Of a stretch of 64,000 nt of DNA, positions 1 to 16,477 are shown piece after piece. The stretch's first letter is position 1, and every line of letters begins with the position of its first letter. The notes beneath the pieces were generated by a model. The model was not told where the DNA came from, ran no database searches, and worked only from the letters and a program-made list of their open reading frames with translations. The DNA is from the human T2T-CHM13v2.0 reference genome, Homo sapiens, in the NCBI RefSeq assembly GCF_009914755.1, contig NC_060936.1. One strand, given 5' to 3'. The position numbers and the translations under genes were made by a program.

Positions 1-289
1 CCACGAGATGTCATCTGGAATCAGAACTGATGTGTGAGGATGGACTGGGAGCTGGGCACAGTGGGGTGGAGGCCATGTTTGCTAAATGCCTCTATGTGCT
101 GGGCATAAGGAGAGTGTGTTTCCCTAAAAGAAGCCATCTCTGTCATTCATATGCCAGGTCCCTGTGCACCCACTGTTAATGATGTCCTCCCTGGACTGAC
201 TGCACCTACTTGTCTTTAAAGAATGTGGAAAAGCCTGCAATGGTATCAACGCTGTCATGGTCTTTTCAAACAGCAATACTATACATAAT

Positions 290-1065
290 CAATTTTTCAA
301 CACCTAAGCAGAGTTGAGCCTGCTTCTAGAAGAGTTTTGAGAGAATACAAAGATAAGATTTGATTCCTGCCACAAACAAGCTCTGGCCTATTAGGGAAGA
401 GAGAGAGACACCCAGTTACAGTGCAGTGTGAAAAGTGAAGCAAAAGAAATAGAGGGGAGACCCTTGGGCCCCCGGCACACAGAGAGGGATCAGTGAACAG
501 GTGTCTGCCTGGGATGGGATGGAGGAGTCAGGGAAGACCTCAAGGAAGAAGTGATGCTGAAGCTGAATCTTCTAGAAGACATCCCAGGGCTGTTCTTGAC
601 AGAGGAGGAGGGCAGCATGTTATCAAGACAAGGGAGATATGAGTACCTGGTCTGGCATTGCCAGAGCTCAGGGTATGAGGATGAGAAGTGACAGGTGAAG
701 GTAGAAAGAGGCTAGAATCTGGACTTCAGTCTGAAGATACATCACTGAAGGGCTTTCAACAAGGAAGTGGTGTGGCCACCCCACATTGTAGTAATCTTGG
801 GGACTGCCAGATGGGTGCCAATGCAGTGGCCAGCCGTGTAAGGGGCCCAGGTGAGGCTCCTATATGGAGTCTACAAAATATGCAGCTGGTGATTAACAGG
901 GATTGATGACAGAAGGGGTGGGGAGGGGGAATGCAGGTCAGGGTAAATTATCCTAGGTTTTTGGTTTAAGTTTAGGCACTTAGTGGCCTAAGAAAACAGG
1001 AGAGAGGGCTCTATTGGGGAAAAGAAAACTATGCTAGTTCTGGGCATCTTAAGTGTGAGATTTGC
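290..1065 (-). mobile_element. L2 LINE fragment (continues at about 1850-2180)
   Basis: Purine-rich sequence resembling antisense L2 3' region (gtcagggaagacctcaaggaagaagtgatgctgaagctga). Confidence 0.55.
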
Positions 1066-2214
1066 AGGACATCTTATTTATCCATACTTAACCTTTACCC
1101 TTGATTGAAAGGGTGATTACATAAACACACACAAAATAAAATAAAAATATATGTGGAAAATAAAACTAGAAAGATCACAGGAAGGTAGGAATTAAGTTAA
1201 TACAAAAAACATGTACTGTAAGGCCCTTGCGCTTATTAGAAGTGGGTCACAAATGCTTCCTAACAGGCAACACAGATACAAACCAGGATCAGTTTACACA
1301 ACTCAGGGCCCAAAATGAATTAAAAAAAGCCACAGAAACAAAAAAAAAATTACCCTGCTCTCAGTCCCCAGGCTTTTCCTAAATTGCATATGAGAGAAAA
1401 GTCCTCTGTGGTCCTGAAAAAAGAGGAGGCTGTGTGATAGAATGAGCAAGCTCTTCAGCAGGGTCCTTCAGTGAATGCCACAGCACATTTCACACAGCTG
1501 TTTCTTGCAATCTTCTCCAGTGGAGGCACATGGCATAAGCAAGCCATTCAGGAAACCATTGTGCAGGGCCACAAGTGTGAGCTTCAGGCTTTACCAGGGA
1601 TAGATTTGAGAATTTCTAGAAGGGTGCGAGGAATAGAAATCCTTCCTATATACTGTTTCTCTCAACAGACTCTTTCAGAAATACCAAAAGGCAGCAAGTT
1701 CATGGCCACCCTGCCCAATAAATACCTGAAAAGCAGTTACACCACCAGCCAAGCAACAAATAGGCTTGCTCAGTTGGTTAGGGCTGTGGGGGAAGCAGAA
1801 TGATCAAGTGTGAGGGAAGTTCAAGTCGAACCCTGCCACATGCCTCATGGTAAGCTCCTGACGCTCTGCAGAGAGGTGGGAGGCTGACAAGAGGGGAGAG
1901 ATGACTGGAGGAAGGTTGTCATGGGGCCTGGAGTGTGGGAGGGAAGTGCGGCTTGGGCTTCTATACTTGGGCAACATCGGGATGTGAGTGGATGCTGTAG
2001 GTGCATAAGATGGCTCAGGGTGGGATGTGGAGAAGCTGGCTGAAGACAAACCCTGGGGCAGCCTGCATTTCAGTGGCAGGTGTGAAGAGGTTCCACCAGT
2101 GAAGGGGAGGGAGGGGGAAGGGAAATCCTAGAGGCTGAGCAGAGAGATTGTTTCAAGAGGAGTTGGTGCGTACTTATGGTAGCTGCCTTTAACCTCTCTG
2201 TAAGTGGGTGTTTT

Positions 2215-3721
<1,507 letters not shown>

Positions 3722-4451
3722 TTAGGCCTAACCTGAGACATGTTTGTTTTGCACAGCTTATTGTATATATTCAGATACCTATACTACACACATTATACAC
3801 AGATATGTTAGGAACATCTCTCTTCCAAGTACATTCCCAATGTGCTAATCCTGAGAGTTCTTGCAGAAATGTTGGGTCAACCAGAAGACTGCTTGCTGGC
3901 AATGCACTAAAACAGTAATGAATACTTTAGCATCATGTAATTGTGTATCTGCTGCAGAAAGAACAGTGGGCTAGTCTAGCTCTTCCTGCTGTGGCACCAC
4001 TAGCCCTAAGAAGCTCTGATCCACAAACCTGCACCACTTGGGGTAAGGAAGTTGTCTGCAGAGTCCACATTCAGAAAAGGTGGTGTCCCTAACCAGAATA
4101 CCGCTTTACCCTTTTAAGTGGCAGAATCCTGATGGCTGTGACATGCAGAGGTGGCCTGCGTGTGAGCAACTGGTCCTCACACAGAGGGAGAAAGGGCACA
4201 GTTGCCCAATCACTGACAAAACCAGCCTCGTGGCCTGAACAAAATTAGCCTGTTTGAGAGCCTGCTCATAAGCTAAAGAATTAAGTATCCATTCCAGAAA
4301 ACAATATGAAGATGGGTTTGTTGGTCTTCTGACATTCATTCAATGTCTTCTATGGGCAAAGGCAATTTGTGAAAAGCATGGCATTGAAAATACCATACTG
4401 AACAGCTGTTTTTAACAGCGCCATGGGAAACCCTGAGGGACTGTTGATGGG

Positions 4452-4914
4452 TGTAAACCAAAAAGTATCCAAGACATGTCTCAATTGATTTAAAAGTTCA
4501 TTTTGCCAACTTAAGTTAAGGAATGCCTGGGAGAAAAAAACATGGAATCACAGAAACAGTCTGTGATCGGTGCCTTTCTCCAAAGATGAATTTGAGGGCT
4601 TCAACATTTAAAGGCGAAAAGTGGGCTGGAGGGGAAAGAGGGAGGGTATGGTAACCCACATGTTGCAAGAGAAAAGCAACAGGTTGGGGAATAGTCGATT
4701 ATCTATTCATCTGGGGCTCAGTAAATTAGTACTTTCCATAAGATAAGATGAACCCAGAGTAGCTACCAGTGGAGATATTTAACCTTTTATCTGCAGCTAT
4801 TTGCTTAGGAACAAAAGGAAAGGCAGTTTCTTGCATGACTCAACTTTCAGCTTTTTTTTTTTTTCCTTTTTGGCTTAATAAATTGGGGTCCCTAGTTTTT
4901 ATTTTTTTTCCACC
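4452..4914 (-). mobile_element. MER4A1-like ERV1 solo LTR
   Basis: Matches the MER4A1 pattern and the second copy at 32818. 4-bp TSD TGGG (4448-4451 / 4915-4918). Confidence 0.8.
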
Positions 4915-4959
4915 TGGGGGATAATATTACTAATGATAATTATTATGGTTATTGGTATA

Positions 4960-5225
4960 GTAATAAAACACTTATTGAGCATTTATTATATGCCAGGAAC
5001 TGTGCTTAACATTTTACACACTTTGAATCATTTAATCCTTCTACTAACCTTATCACAGATAAGGCCTCTTATTATCCCCATTTCCCCCATTTCCCTGATA
5101 AGGAAGGCACAGAGAGGTTAGGCATTTTGTTCAAGGTCCCACAGCGCTATGATAAGTCACAGAAGCCAGGACCTGAATCCAGCTTTTGTTTCTCCAGAAT
5201 CTGTGCTATTAATCAGTATATAACC
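4960..5225 (-). mobile_element. MIR
   Basis: MIR core (aggcacagagaggttagg...aaggtcccacagc). Confidence 0.75.
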
Positions 5226-5817
5226 TGCTCTACATCACAAGTGTTCCTATCTGTTTTACATACTGGGCCTCTGTTGTAAGGTCTCATTTAAACAAAGGGT
5301 CTGGAAAGTATATAATACAGCTTTTTTTTTTAGATGATCTATTAACATTGAGAAATTGGTGCAGTCCATTTGGAAGGACCATGTGTCTTTGAAATGCTGG
5401 TGGCAATGATGACCTGCCAGCTCAGAATCACAAAGAACATGACAAGGGTGTGGTGGGGGAACAATTATACAAAAACTTTGACACAGAAAAGCAGCAAAAC
5501 AGGAGTGAAAAGCGAGCAGAGAGATGAATCAGTGTGAAAATGGATTGCACGAATCCAATTTTTGCAGGCAGGCCTGGTGGCCCACAGTAGGGAAAGCGTT
5601 CCCACTCTGCGATTTCAAAAGCCATTTTATTATTGCCTGGGATACCACTGGAAAAGAAAAGCAAGGGTCCAGGAGCCGGGTGGGAAAGCACAGTCCAGCA
5701 CAGAGGGTCAGGGCAGGCTCCAGGCCCAGCAATGCAGCTCTAGGCTTCTTGTGCAGCTGAGCTCCCTAGGAATAGTGACCTTGACTTCACAGCTAAGTCT
5801 TGCAGGAAAAAGAAAAA

Positions 5818-5818
<1 letters not shown>

Positions 5819-5858
<40 letters not shown>
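5819..5858. repeat. (AC)20 microsatellite
   Basis: Direct reading. Confidence 0.97.
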
Positions 5859-5860
<2 letters not shown>

Positions 5861-6065
5861 CTGTGTTTTTCGAATGCCTGAGAGCTGGGAGGCTTTTTAA
5901 AGGCTTTGTTGAAAAAGGACTTCTTCTGTGTTACTTAGAGACAACCATTGCTTGCCAAAATACTAGGTAAAAAAAAAAAATCACAAAATTCGAGAGCTGG
6001 AAAGAATATTACAGGCTGCCCAGTGTGTCCCAAAGCAACTAAATTATCATTATAAACTTTGTGAA

Positions 6066-6066
<1 letters not shown>

Positions 6067-6110
<44 letters not shown>
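6067..6110. repeat. (AC)22 microsatellite
   Basis: Direct reading. Confidence 0.97.
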
Positions 6111-6112
<2 letters not shown>

Positions 6113-6699
6113 GCCTTTGGAGTGTGCTGACTTGAATTCAGCATCTTGTCCACATCTAACCTGGTAAGAATACAGTTCTAGGGTCCAGAGCTAATATCTG
6201 GCAGCAATATTGGCTAAGATGAATTATATGACACAGTGGAGTCCTAAAGCAGCTCAGGAACGCTATCAGAAAAGTTCACCACATGCTTTTACATCAGCCC
6301 AAAAGTTCATGTAGCCCTTTCATATGCAAGCCATCTACACTGTAATGCAAATTATATTTCACCTTGCATCATGTATTTATTATAAACTTAAATATATTTA
6401 CTATCTGCAGTAGTAGCAGTGGCAGAAATAATATATTGATAATCACTGTTGATAACTAGCATTTATTAGGTGCTTTCCATAAGGCAGGCAAGCACTTGTA
6501 TAAACATTTCAAATGCACTCGATTCACACATAATGTTTAATGCTTTTGCATGAATTATGTTTTACTTATTTTGCCACCATTCCTCCCCACACCCCGTTAC
6601 AATGTGAGTTCCATAATGGCAGAGGCTCAGGGGTTTTTGTCTTCATTATTAACTAAGCCTTCAGTTCTCAGAACACAGTAGGAATGCAAATATTTTCTG

Positions 6700-7150
6700 A
6701 GTTGAATTAATTCATTTAATCCTCACAATGACTGAAAGGGATAGGGATTGTTAGAATTCCTAATTTACAGACGAGGTAACTGGGGCACAGAATGGTTAAG
6801 TAACTGGCTGGAGGTTGCACAGTAAGTGATAGAATTAGGATTCAATCCTGGGCCATTTGACTCCAAACCCTATACTTTTGGTGAACCCCTAGCATTTCTA
6901 TTTTAATAATGACAATAGCTAACATGTAGCAAGTGCTTACTATGTGCCAGGTACCACACTGAACGCCTTCTGTGCACCCTCTCATTAATATAACAGTTCT
7001 GCAAAGGAGGCTATTATTATTTTATTCACACACTTTAGAAGGATCCTCTACCTTGACCAAAGTCATTCTGCTAAGTTGTGTGGCTAGAATTCAAACTCAG
7101 GCCCACGTGAGTTCCAAGTGCATGCTCATAACCATTGCCCCATTCTGTGT
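6700..7150 (-). mobile_element. Two adjacent MIR elements
   Basis: MIR cores at about 6710-6870 and 6910-7145. Confidence 0.7.
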
Positions 7151-7638
7151 CCTGAGCCATCCTTCACATAGAGAGCTACTGTGCACTTTAGCTATGGGTC
7201 TCCCTTCTTTACTCTTTAAAAATTTTATTTTAGATTTGTATCTAATTTTAAAATGTTCATACTATCTTTTTTCATAACCCATATAAAGTTTGGGTTACTA
7301 AAAGGGACTAACATTAAGTGAAAGAGCAGCACCCCTAGTCTGAGGGGTGAAGGTGAACTGAACCAGGGCCATCAAAACCATATCAGGCCATAACAGGAGG
7401 AAGTGGTGCCAGCTGCAACTCTAGATCTGTGATGTGCTAAAACCCTTATGAAGGGATTCTGGAAAACCACTTTCCTTTGGGAAAGTATCAGAGGGATGAG
7501 TCAAAGGGAATCTGCAGGGCTGGGGAGGATTAGAGACAGGAAACTGATCCCAGTCAGGTTGGTTGGCTCTGTCAGCTGACAGGCAGGCAGTAGTAGCGGG
7601 AGGCGCCAAGAGTGGGAAGTATTTAAAACAAAGTCATA

Positions 7639-8250
<612 letters not shown>

Positions 8251-9031
8251 ATTTTTTTTAATAAAAATTTTTTTGAAAAATAAAGGGATGAAAGAATCCA
8301 CTTCTCACATTGAAGGGCAGGATGTAATATCAAGGGAAAGGTGGTAGTCACCACTTAGGCCCACATGCAGCCACTAAACCATGAGCTGCTAGTTCAACTC
8401 ATTTCTTGAAGGGTTGGGCTTTGAAGAGTGAGAGAGGCAACCTTAACATCCAAGTGGCAGACACTGTGTCTGCAGCCTGCTGACTGGGACCTCTGAGAGC
8501 CAGAAGGAACTCAAAGGTCAGTGCCGTACAGTTCTTCTGAAGCTACAGAGAGGAACATCAGGAGCAGGGTGGGGGCTTCCTGGGAAGCTTAGATTTCGGG
8601 AAACTGCTGAAGCACAGCTCTCAGGGGGAACCAAGTCCCACTGGAGCTGGCAACTGAAAATTTTCTTTATGCTCTAGGTTTGGAGCATCTTACCTGTCTT
8701 CTGCCATCTATGCCTAACCTAACAAGATTGAAGGGAAGAAAATGGATCATAGCCTGCAGGAGTCCAGGAAGCTGAGCTGACCAGCATTCCCCCCCAAACC
8801 TAAGTGATATGTCTGACAAAAGAGTTACTTTGATAGAGTAAATAATAGAGGCAGGTCAGTCTCTGGCTGGATACTAAGTTAATGGTTCCCAAATTTCAGA
8901 GCTGGAAAACACCCTTGAAATCAATTAGTAAGATCCTGTTAACTCCACTTGTTCTTTAAAGCAGGAAACCGGCTCAGAGAGTGAAGTGGATTTCCAACTG
9001 TTATGCAGTTTGCTACGGGACAAGATTGTGA

Positions 9032-9461
<430 letters not shown>

Positions 9462-10618
9462 TGAAAGTTTTGACCAAGGAGAAAATACATTCTTAGCAAT
9501 CCCCTAAAATAGCAGAGGCTCAGCAAACTGTTCATGGATAAAGAGTAGGTCCAGAGTATTATCTGATCTTAGAAAGAACTGATGTTGCTAAGCGGATCAC
9601 AAGCAAAATCTCAGAAACGGAGGAGGTAGGTCCTCCAAAAACAGGTGGCGATCCAGGTTCTGGTACGAGTTCTGCCGCCGGCTATCTGTGGGAACTTGAG
9701 AAAGACAATTCTGTGAGCTTCACTTCCCTTATCAGTAAAAAAGGGAAACTGGACTAGATGAGTGGTTCCCACAGTGGCCCCAAGCTCAAGGATTCTGATT
9801 CAGTAAGCCTGAGAATAGGGGCCCTGCAACTTTCATTACTGTTATTTTTTAAATCCCACAGGTGAATACATGAATGTCTGCGCTGGATTGATAGAGGGAC
9901 GGGAGGATGGATAGATACATTTGATGAAAATTGCTAATTGCAGGATCTAGGTAGTAGGTGTACAAGAGTGACTCAATTATTATATATGTTGGCAAAGTCC
10001 CCCAGGTGATTCTGATGTACAGGCAAGTCCGGCAGCCTCTGGACCAGAAGTCAGCCTCAGACCGAGTTCAGGGGGCTTCACAGTCCCTCAGAGCAGCCCC
10101 AGGTGCCACCTTGGGAAAAGGGAGCTGGTGTGAACCTCAGCCTTGTTCTAGAGTTTAGTCTGGGCAGCTCTACCTTGTTTGTTTATACACAGGAGAATTT
10201 GTGTAAGATTCTACCAGAAAGCGTACCAACAATGGACCCACTGCTTAATGTATACAAACCACTTTACAAGATGGTTTTTAAGGCCTTACATAGATCCAAC
10301 TGTTTATGAATTTACAAAATTACTTACGCCTTGGTAGGCAAGATGGAACGAAGGCTTTAAAAATGAATATTATATATAAATGAGTGTGTACACACACACA
10401 CATACACACACACCCTCTTGGTTATTATAAGAGTCAAGCAAGAGAGGAGAGTTCAAGCTCAGACCTCATGGCCATTGCCATGGTCACTGCAGCACTAGCT
10501 GCCACTGAGCATGCCTGGGCCCTGTTTGCACCTCCTCTGCCTCACCTACTACCCCCTCTTTCTTTGGTCCATTTCTATCTGGTCCTCAACTATAAAAGGT
10601 ACATTCCTGGTTCAAGGC

Positions 10619-10986
10619 TGTATTAGTCTGTTCTCATGCTGCTAAAAAGACATACCCAAGACTGGGTAATTTATAAAGAAAAAGAGGTTTAATCGACTCA
10701 CAGTTCCACATGGCTGGGGAGGCCTCACAATCATGGCAGAGGGTGAAGGAGGTACAAAGGCACGTCTTACTTGATGGCAGGCAAGAGAGCATGTGAAGGA
10801 AACTGCCCTTTATGAAACTATCAGACCACACGAGACTTACTCTCTATCATGAGAACAGCATGGGAAAAATACTCCCCCACGACTCAGTTACCTCCCACCT
10901 GGTCCCCTCCCATGATACGTGGGAGTATGTTATAGGAACTACAATTCAAGATGAGATTTGGGTGGGGACACAGCCAAATCATATCA
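10619..10986 (-). mobile_element. THE1 (MaLR) solo LTR
   Basis: tgtattagtctgttctc...gccaaatcatatca, perfect 5-bp TSD AAGGC (10614-10618 / 10987-10991). Confidence 0.92.
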
Positions 10987-13029
10987 AAGGCCTTGGCTGT
11001 TTCATCTGCCAGAACATTTTGCCTCACCTCCTTCAGACCTTACTCTAAGACTCTATCCCCCATGACTCTTTCCCTTGCTGTCGCATTTGAAACTGCAACC
11101 CACCCCTGACTACTAAGTCCCTTCCCTTGCCCTATGTTTCTCTTTAGAAATTATTACCAATAGCATACTCAACATTTTACTTATGTGCCTTGCTCATTAT
11201 CTGTCTTTCCATACTGGTTTGCAAGCTCCATGAAGGCAGGGTTTTTTTGATCATAGCTACGTTCCTAGTGACTTTGACAGTGTCTGGCATGAGGCATATT
11301 TGGTGAAAGAATGAAGGGCTGAACCATACTTGTGCTTTAAGCACATCATCTGTAATCTGCATGGCAATCTAGAAGAGCAGGAACCAGCCCCTTCCACAAA
11401 TGGGAAAGCAAGGTATTTTCTGGAGGGGTGAGGGCCAGCATTTCCAGACCCTAGCACCTGTGATCATCCCATTTCAACACTCTACCTCCCACAACCCTGG
11501 CTCACTTCCAAGGGCTGACATGTTTCTCCCTCCCTTCCTGTACTAACAGCTAAACCATATTTGGGCCTGGAGAGTTTATTACCTTGCTTAAACAAGACAG
11601 GATAGAGTTGAAGGTGAAATGCCCATATTGTTCAGTTAACTCCTTGAAGCAAACAAATCATTTGATAACTGTACACCACACACCAGTAAGGACTGCTCAG
11701 TGAACATCAACATCCCTTCAGGAAACAAGACCTTCATAAACCATTGTCTGTTGATGGTGGCTCAATGAGGGTTATATTTCACAAAAACGAGTATGATCCC
11801 ATCCAACATTTATATCACAAAATGACCCCAAGTGCCAAACATTGAAGCACTATTCACAACCACAATGACACTGTGAAATAATAAAGCACAGGGCTTAGCC
11901 TGTAGAACTCTGCTGCAATGGATTCTGACCTGTGAGGCAATTCTGTTGATGCAGTGTACCAGCATTGCTATTTCTGCGGCCAAAGAACATGATTACAAAT
12001 GTGTGCCTTTAACCCAAGGCAGCCTTCACTCAGTAAAGCCCAGAGCTTCATGTGTCTCCTGAAACACCTGCCTTGCCTGTTACACTGCATTGTAAATGGA
12101 TGCCTGACTGCCTGCCTACCTGGGCTGACTACAAGTAGAAGAGGACAGAGACCTCATCTGCCTACTTCACGGTAGCTTCCCCAGCACAGTGCCCAGCAGA
12201 TGCCTGGCTCATGGAAGGCATAAAAATATTCATTGAATCCTGCTCCTACCATGACATTTTACTCTGCTTATACTTTATCTTCTAACTATGTAATATATGC
12301 ACGATGAACTGTAAAAGTTTATCATATGCAAACCGAGGATGGATTGAGGTGTATATATAAGTAATCCATTCCTAACAGTTATTTCAAATCTTATATTAAG
12401 GATGACAGCAATGGGAGGAAATGAACTCAAAAAACATACCAAAGAACTGCAGTTTGAGAGCAGATAAGAAACGAAACTATTAAACTGAACTGGTATATCA
12501 TTTAAAAATCTTTACAACATAACTATGACAATTTAAAAATAACCACCAAAGAACAGAAGTTGTTAAAACATCAGTATAGTCACACCCTGCCTGATTAATG
12601 TAATCTTTCTCCTTTAGCAATGAAATAATCTTTGCTTTCTATGATGAACTTTCCAAAGACAAATATTTGGTATGCTGTTTACTTGTAGGCTTTTTCATTA
12701 TTCAAATGTGTTCTTCTCCAAGATGAAAGTGGATCTTGGAGAAGAAAAATAAAAATTAGCTTGGCATGGTGGCACGCACCTGTAATCCTAGCTACTCAGA
12801 AACCTCTTTCTTCACTATGTTTGACAGCTAAAGCTGAACTTACTGCATCTCTCCTAAAACTAACAGTGACAAAATTCAGGTAACAAAAGAGGTAATTGGT
12901 CTTTGGACTTTAAAAATGATAGTGATATCCAAGTTGTAACTTCATCAGAACAAAAGGGAAAATGTATCAAAAACTGAATGAAGACACTATTACTAATTGA
13001 ACCTAATATGAATTCCCTTTTCAATGCCA

Positions 13030-13345
13030 CTGCTGGCCAAAACTGCTAACTGTCCACCAAAATCAATTCCCTTGGGCCTGGGTACACGACTTAGACTACA
13101 TTTCCCAGCAGCCTTCTTTGCTTCTCAGTAAAGTCACATAACTGGGTTCTAGCCAATGGAATGCACCCAGAAATGTTGTGTGTCTCTACCAGGCCTTGCC
13201 CCTAACACCCTTTCTTGAGTGCTCCTCCACACTCTTGTCCCCTTCTGTCTCACTGGATGGAGATGCCTCAAGAGCTCTTGGAAGCCAAGAGTTAAAAATG
13301 ACAGAGCCTCCTTCGGCCTAGGTCCTCGAGTGCCTGAAAGGGACA
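13030..13345 (+). mobile_element. LTR16-like ERVL LTR fragment
   Basis: agactacatttcccagcagcc...ttctagccaatggaatg signature. Confidence 0.5.
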
Positions 13346-13440
13346 AAGGCACTGCTTCATTAAACTCTTAAAGGAAAGAGACAAAAATGAAAATAGTCAT
13401 GTTACTTAAGATCCTCAAAGTCACAGAAACATAATGCTTT

Positions 13441-13783
13441 GCTGGGTGTGATGGTTCATGCCTATAATCCTAACACTTTGGGAGGCGAGGCAAGAGGATG
13501 GCTTGAGCACAGGTCCAGTATAGTGAGACCCCATCTCTACAAAAAATAAAAATTAGCTTGGCATGGTGGCACGCACCTGTAATCCTAGCTACTCAGGAGG
13601 CTGACATGGGAAGATGGCTTGAGCCAAGGAGTTTGAGGCTGCAGTGAGCTATGACCATGCTACTGCACTCCAGCCTTGTGACAGAGTAAGACTCTGTCTC
13701 GAAAGGAAAGGAAAAAGGAAAGAAAAGAAAAGAAAGGAAGAAAGGGAAGGAAAGGAAGGAAGGAAGAAAGAAAAAGAAAGAAA
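13441..13783 (+). mobile_element. AluJ with GA-rich tail
   Basis: Dimer with a deletion in the left arm. Tail converted to (GAAAG/GAAG)n at 13701-13783. Confidence 0.9.
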
Positions 13784-13790
13784 GACATAA

Positions 13791-14117
<327 letters not shown>

Positions 14118-14269
14118 TCAAACATAATATTTCATGGACACCTTGAAAAACTTAGCACAACATCCTTGCTAGGTAGAATGCAGTTGATGCACAACTATTT
14201 CCATTAAGAAGAACCCACTACATTCTTCAGCGGCTTGTTGCATCTATAAACAGTTCTCCTGATCAGTAT

Positions 14270-14520
14270 GATAACAATAATAGCAGCTAACTATTACTGA
14301 GCAGTTGCCATACACCTGGCTCTGTGCTGAAGGCCTTCCAGGCATCTGCTCATCTAATCCTCACCTGAGGAGTGAGTACTATCATTATCTCCATTTACAG
14401 TTGACAACACTCAGTACAGAAAACATGAGATTGGCTCAAGGTCACACACAATAGTGGCAGAGCCAGGATTCAGCTCAGGCCATCTGAGTCCAGAGTCCCT
14501 GCTCTTAACCACCATCCTGC
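14270..14520 (-). mobile_element. MIR
   Basis: MIR core. Confidence 0.7.
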
Positions 14521-15072
14521 CTGCCTGTGGCTATCACTTCTATCCCAGGCTCATGGACAGCTAGCCTTACCACCTTACCCCATAACTGACAAATATTTGA
14601 TCTTTTACATCAACAAAAGTTATCTTTTCATGTGGCTGAGAAACTTTAGCTCTTTTGAATTTTCCTCATCTTTTCAAACATAATTCCAATCTCTTCAGCA
14701 CTCCAGTCTCTCTTTTGAAGGTTCCTGATCATCTATACACATGTTGAATTATGTCACCTAGAAAGGGACTTCATGGGTAAAATGACATTAATAGTACTTC
14801 CCCAAATGGGTTGATGTTAGGATTAATGAGGTTATTTATGTAAAATTCATGTAAAGCCCTAGACACTAGCAACAGTACTTACTATGGACAAAGTAAGCCA
14901 GCCAGTCAGAAACATTAGCTATTATTTGCCTTATAGCTTAAATACTGCAGCCTATGATCAGATTAGGTTCTGGTGTCTATATCACACTACTGACCAGATT
15001 AAATTTACTGTCTACTTAAATACATTTAAAAAAATGTGAACCATTGATAAGCTGTCTCCCCTATCCTGCTAG

Positions 15073-15372
15073 TTTTCTTTCTTTTTTTTGGTGACAGGGT
15101 CTCACTCTGTCACCCAGGCTAGAATGCATTGGTGCAATCATGGCACACTGCAGCCCAACCTCCCAAGCTCAAGTGGTCCTCCTGCCTCAGCCTCCTGAGT
15201 AGCTGGGACCACAGGCATGTGCCACCATGCCCAACTAATTGAAACAAAAATTTGTTAATAGAGACAAGGTCTCACTTTGTTGCCCAGGTTGGTCTTTAAG
15301 TCCTGGGCTCAAATGATCTTCCTGCCTTGGCCTCCTAAAGTGCTGGGATTACAGACATGAGCCACCGTAACT
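15073..15372 (-). mobile_element. AluJ
   Basis: Antisense dimer. Confidence 0.9.
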
Positions 15373-16311
15373 GACTGCCAGGCTGGTTTTTCTCTTTTCA
15401 ACAGGTGTGATACTTTACCTTTACTGTGGTTAAGCTTCACCTGGTATTTACCCACTTTCCCAGGCACTAAAGGACTTTTTGAATCTTGCTAGTTTGTCTT
15501 ACTCGGTTTCATATCACCTACACATTAGATGATCAGGCCCTGGAAATCTATCCTGGTGTGGGCTCGAGTGGGCAAACACAGGGCCTTGGGTTCTCTACTA
15601 CAAAGTTTCCTCCTGGCACTGATCCACTGTTCTACCCTAGCTCAGCAGCCAGGCATAGAAAAGGTGACTATCTCGATCACAATAATCTCACGCCAGCATT
15701 TCTAAGTGCAAATATTCTACTTCTATGAACTTCATGAGACTTCCCAGCTTAGCCTTTCAGTGTGTAAGAGACACGGGACGTGTTTCAAGGCACAGCTTGG
15801 TTGGAATGGGGAACTACAACTACACTTTCCCAGGGGCCCAACAATGACAGACGAAAAGTCCGCACGGGGGCATGTCTGACCCATTCCAGACAAGGGAATG
15901 GAGGCCGGGATAGGATAGGATGCTTCACAGCTACTCAGGCCTCAGAACTACCCAGCAGGAAGAGGAGGCTGACATGTGGAGCTGGATCATGTTAGAAATT
16001 CTCACCCAACTCTACTCTTCAGAGGAACAGGGCCTAAGTTCTAGGATGTCAGGCTGGCAGAAAGGAATCTGCAGTCAGCCGGCCCAGGTACAGGCAGGTC
16101 GCCCCCGCCCCACTGCAGGTAGCAGGCTGCAGAGTGGAAGGGGAGACACGGGTTCCAGGAGCTTGCCCTGCGTGTGGTGTCCGGCTGCTGCAGGACTGCT
16201 GAGACTGCCTTATAGTGTGCCTGCAGTCTAACGCTTTGGCCCTCAGGCCAGGAACAGCTAAAATGTTTCAATCCTTCCTAGCTCTTTCAGATGCCCAGGG
16301 GTAGACTTTAG

Positions 16312-16477
16312 AGTGGTGATTCTTAAACTTGAGCATGCACTGGAGTCACCTGTAGGACTTGCTAAACACAGACTGCTGGGTCCACCCACTGAGTTTCAGC
16401 GAGCAGTGATCTGCTCTCCTAACAAGTTCCCAGGTGATGCTGCTGCCAGTTTGGGGATCACACTTTGAAGATCACTG
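16312..16477. mobile_element. MER5A-like hAT-Charlie MITE
   Basis: agtggtgattcttaaactt...ctaacaagttcccaggtgatgctg...cactttgaagatcactg with degenerate TIRs. Confidence 0.7.

Noticed and set aside
1762-1840. Functional tRNA gene
   Set aside because: No acceptor or anticodon stems and no terminator.
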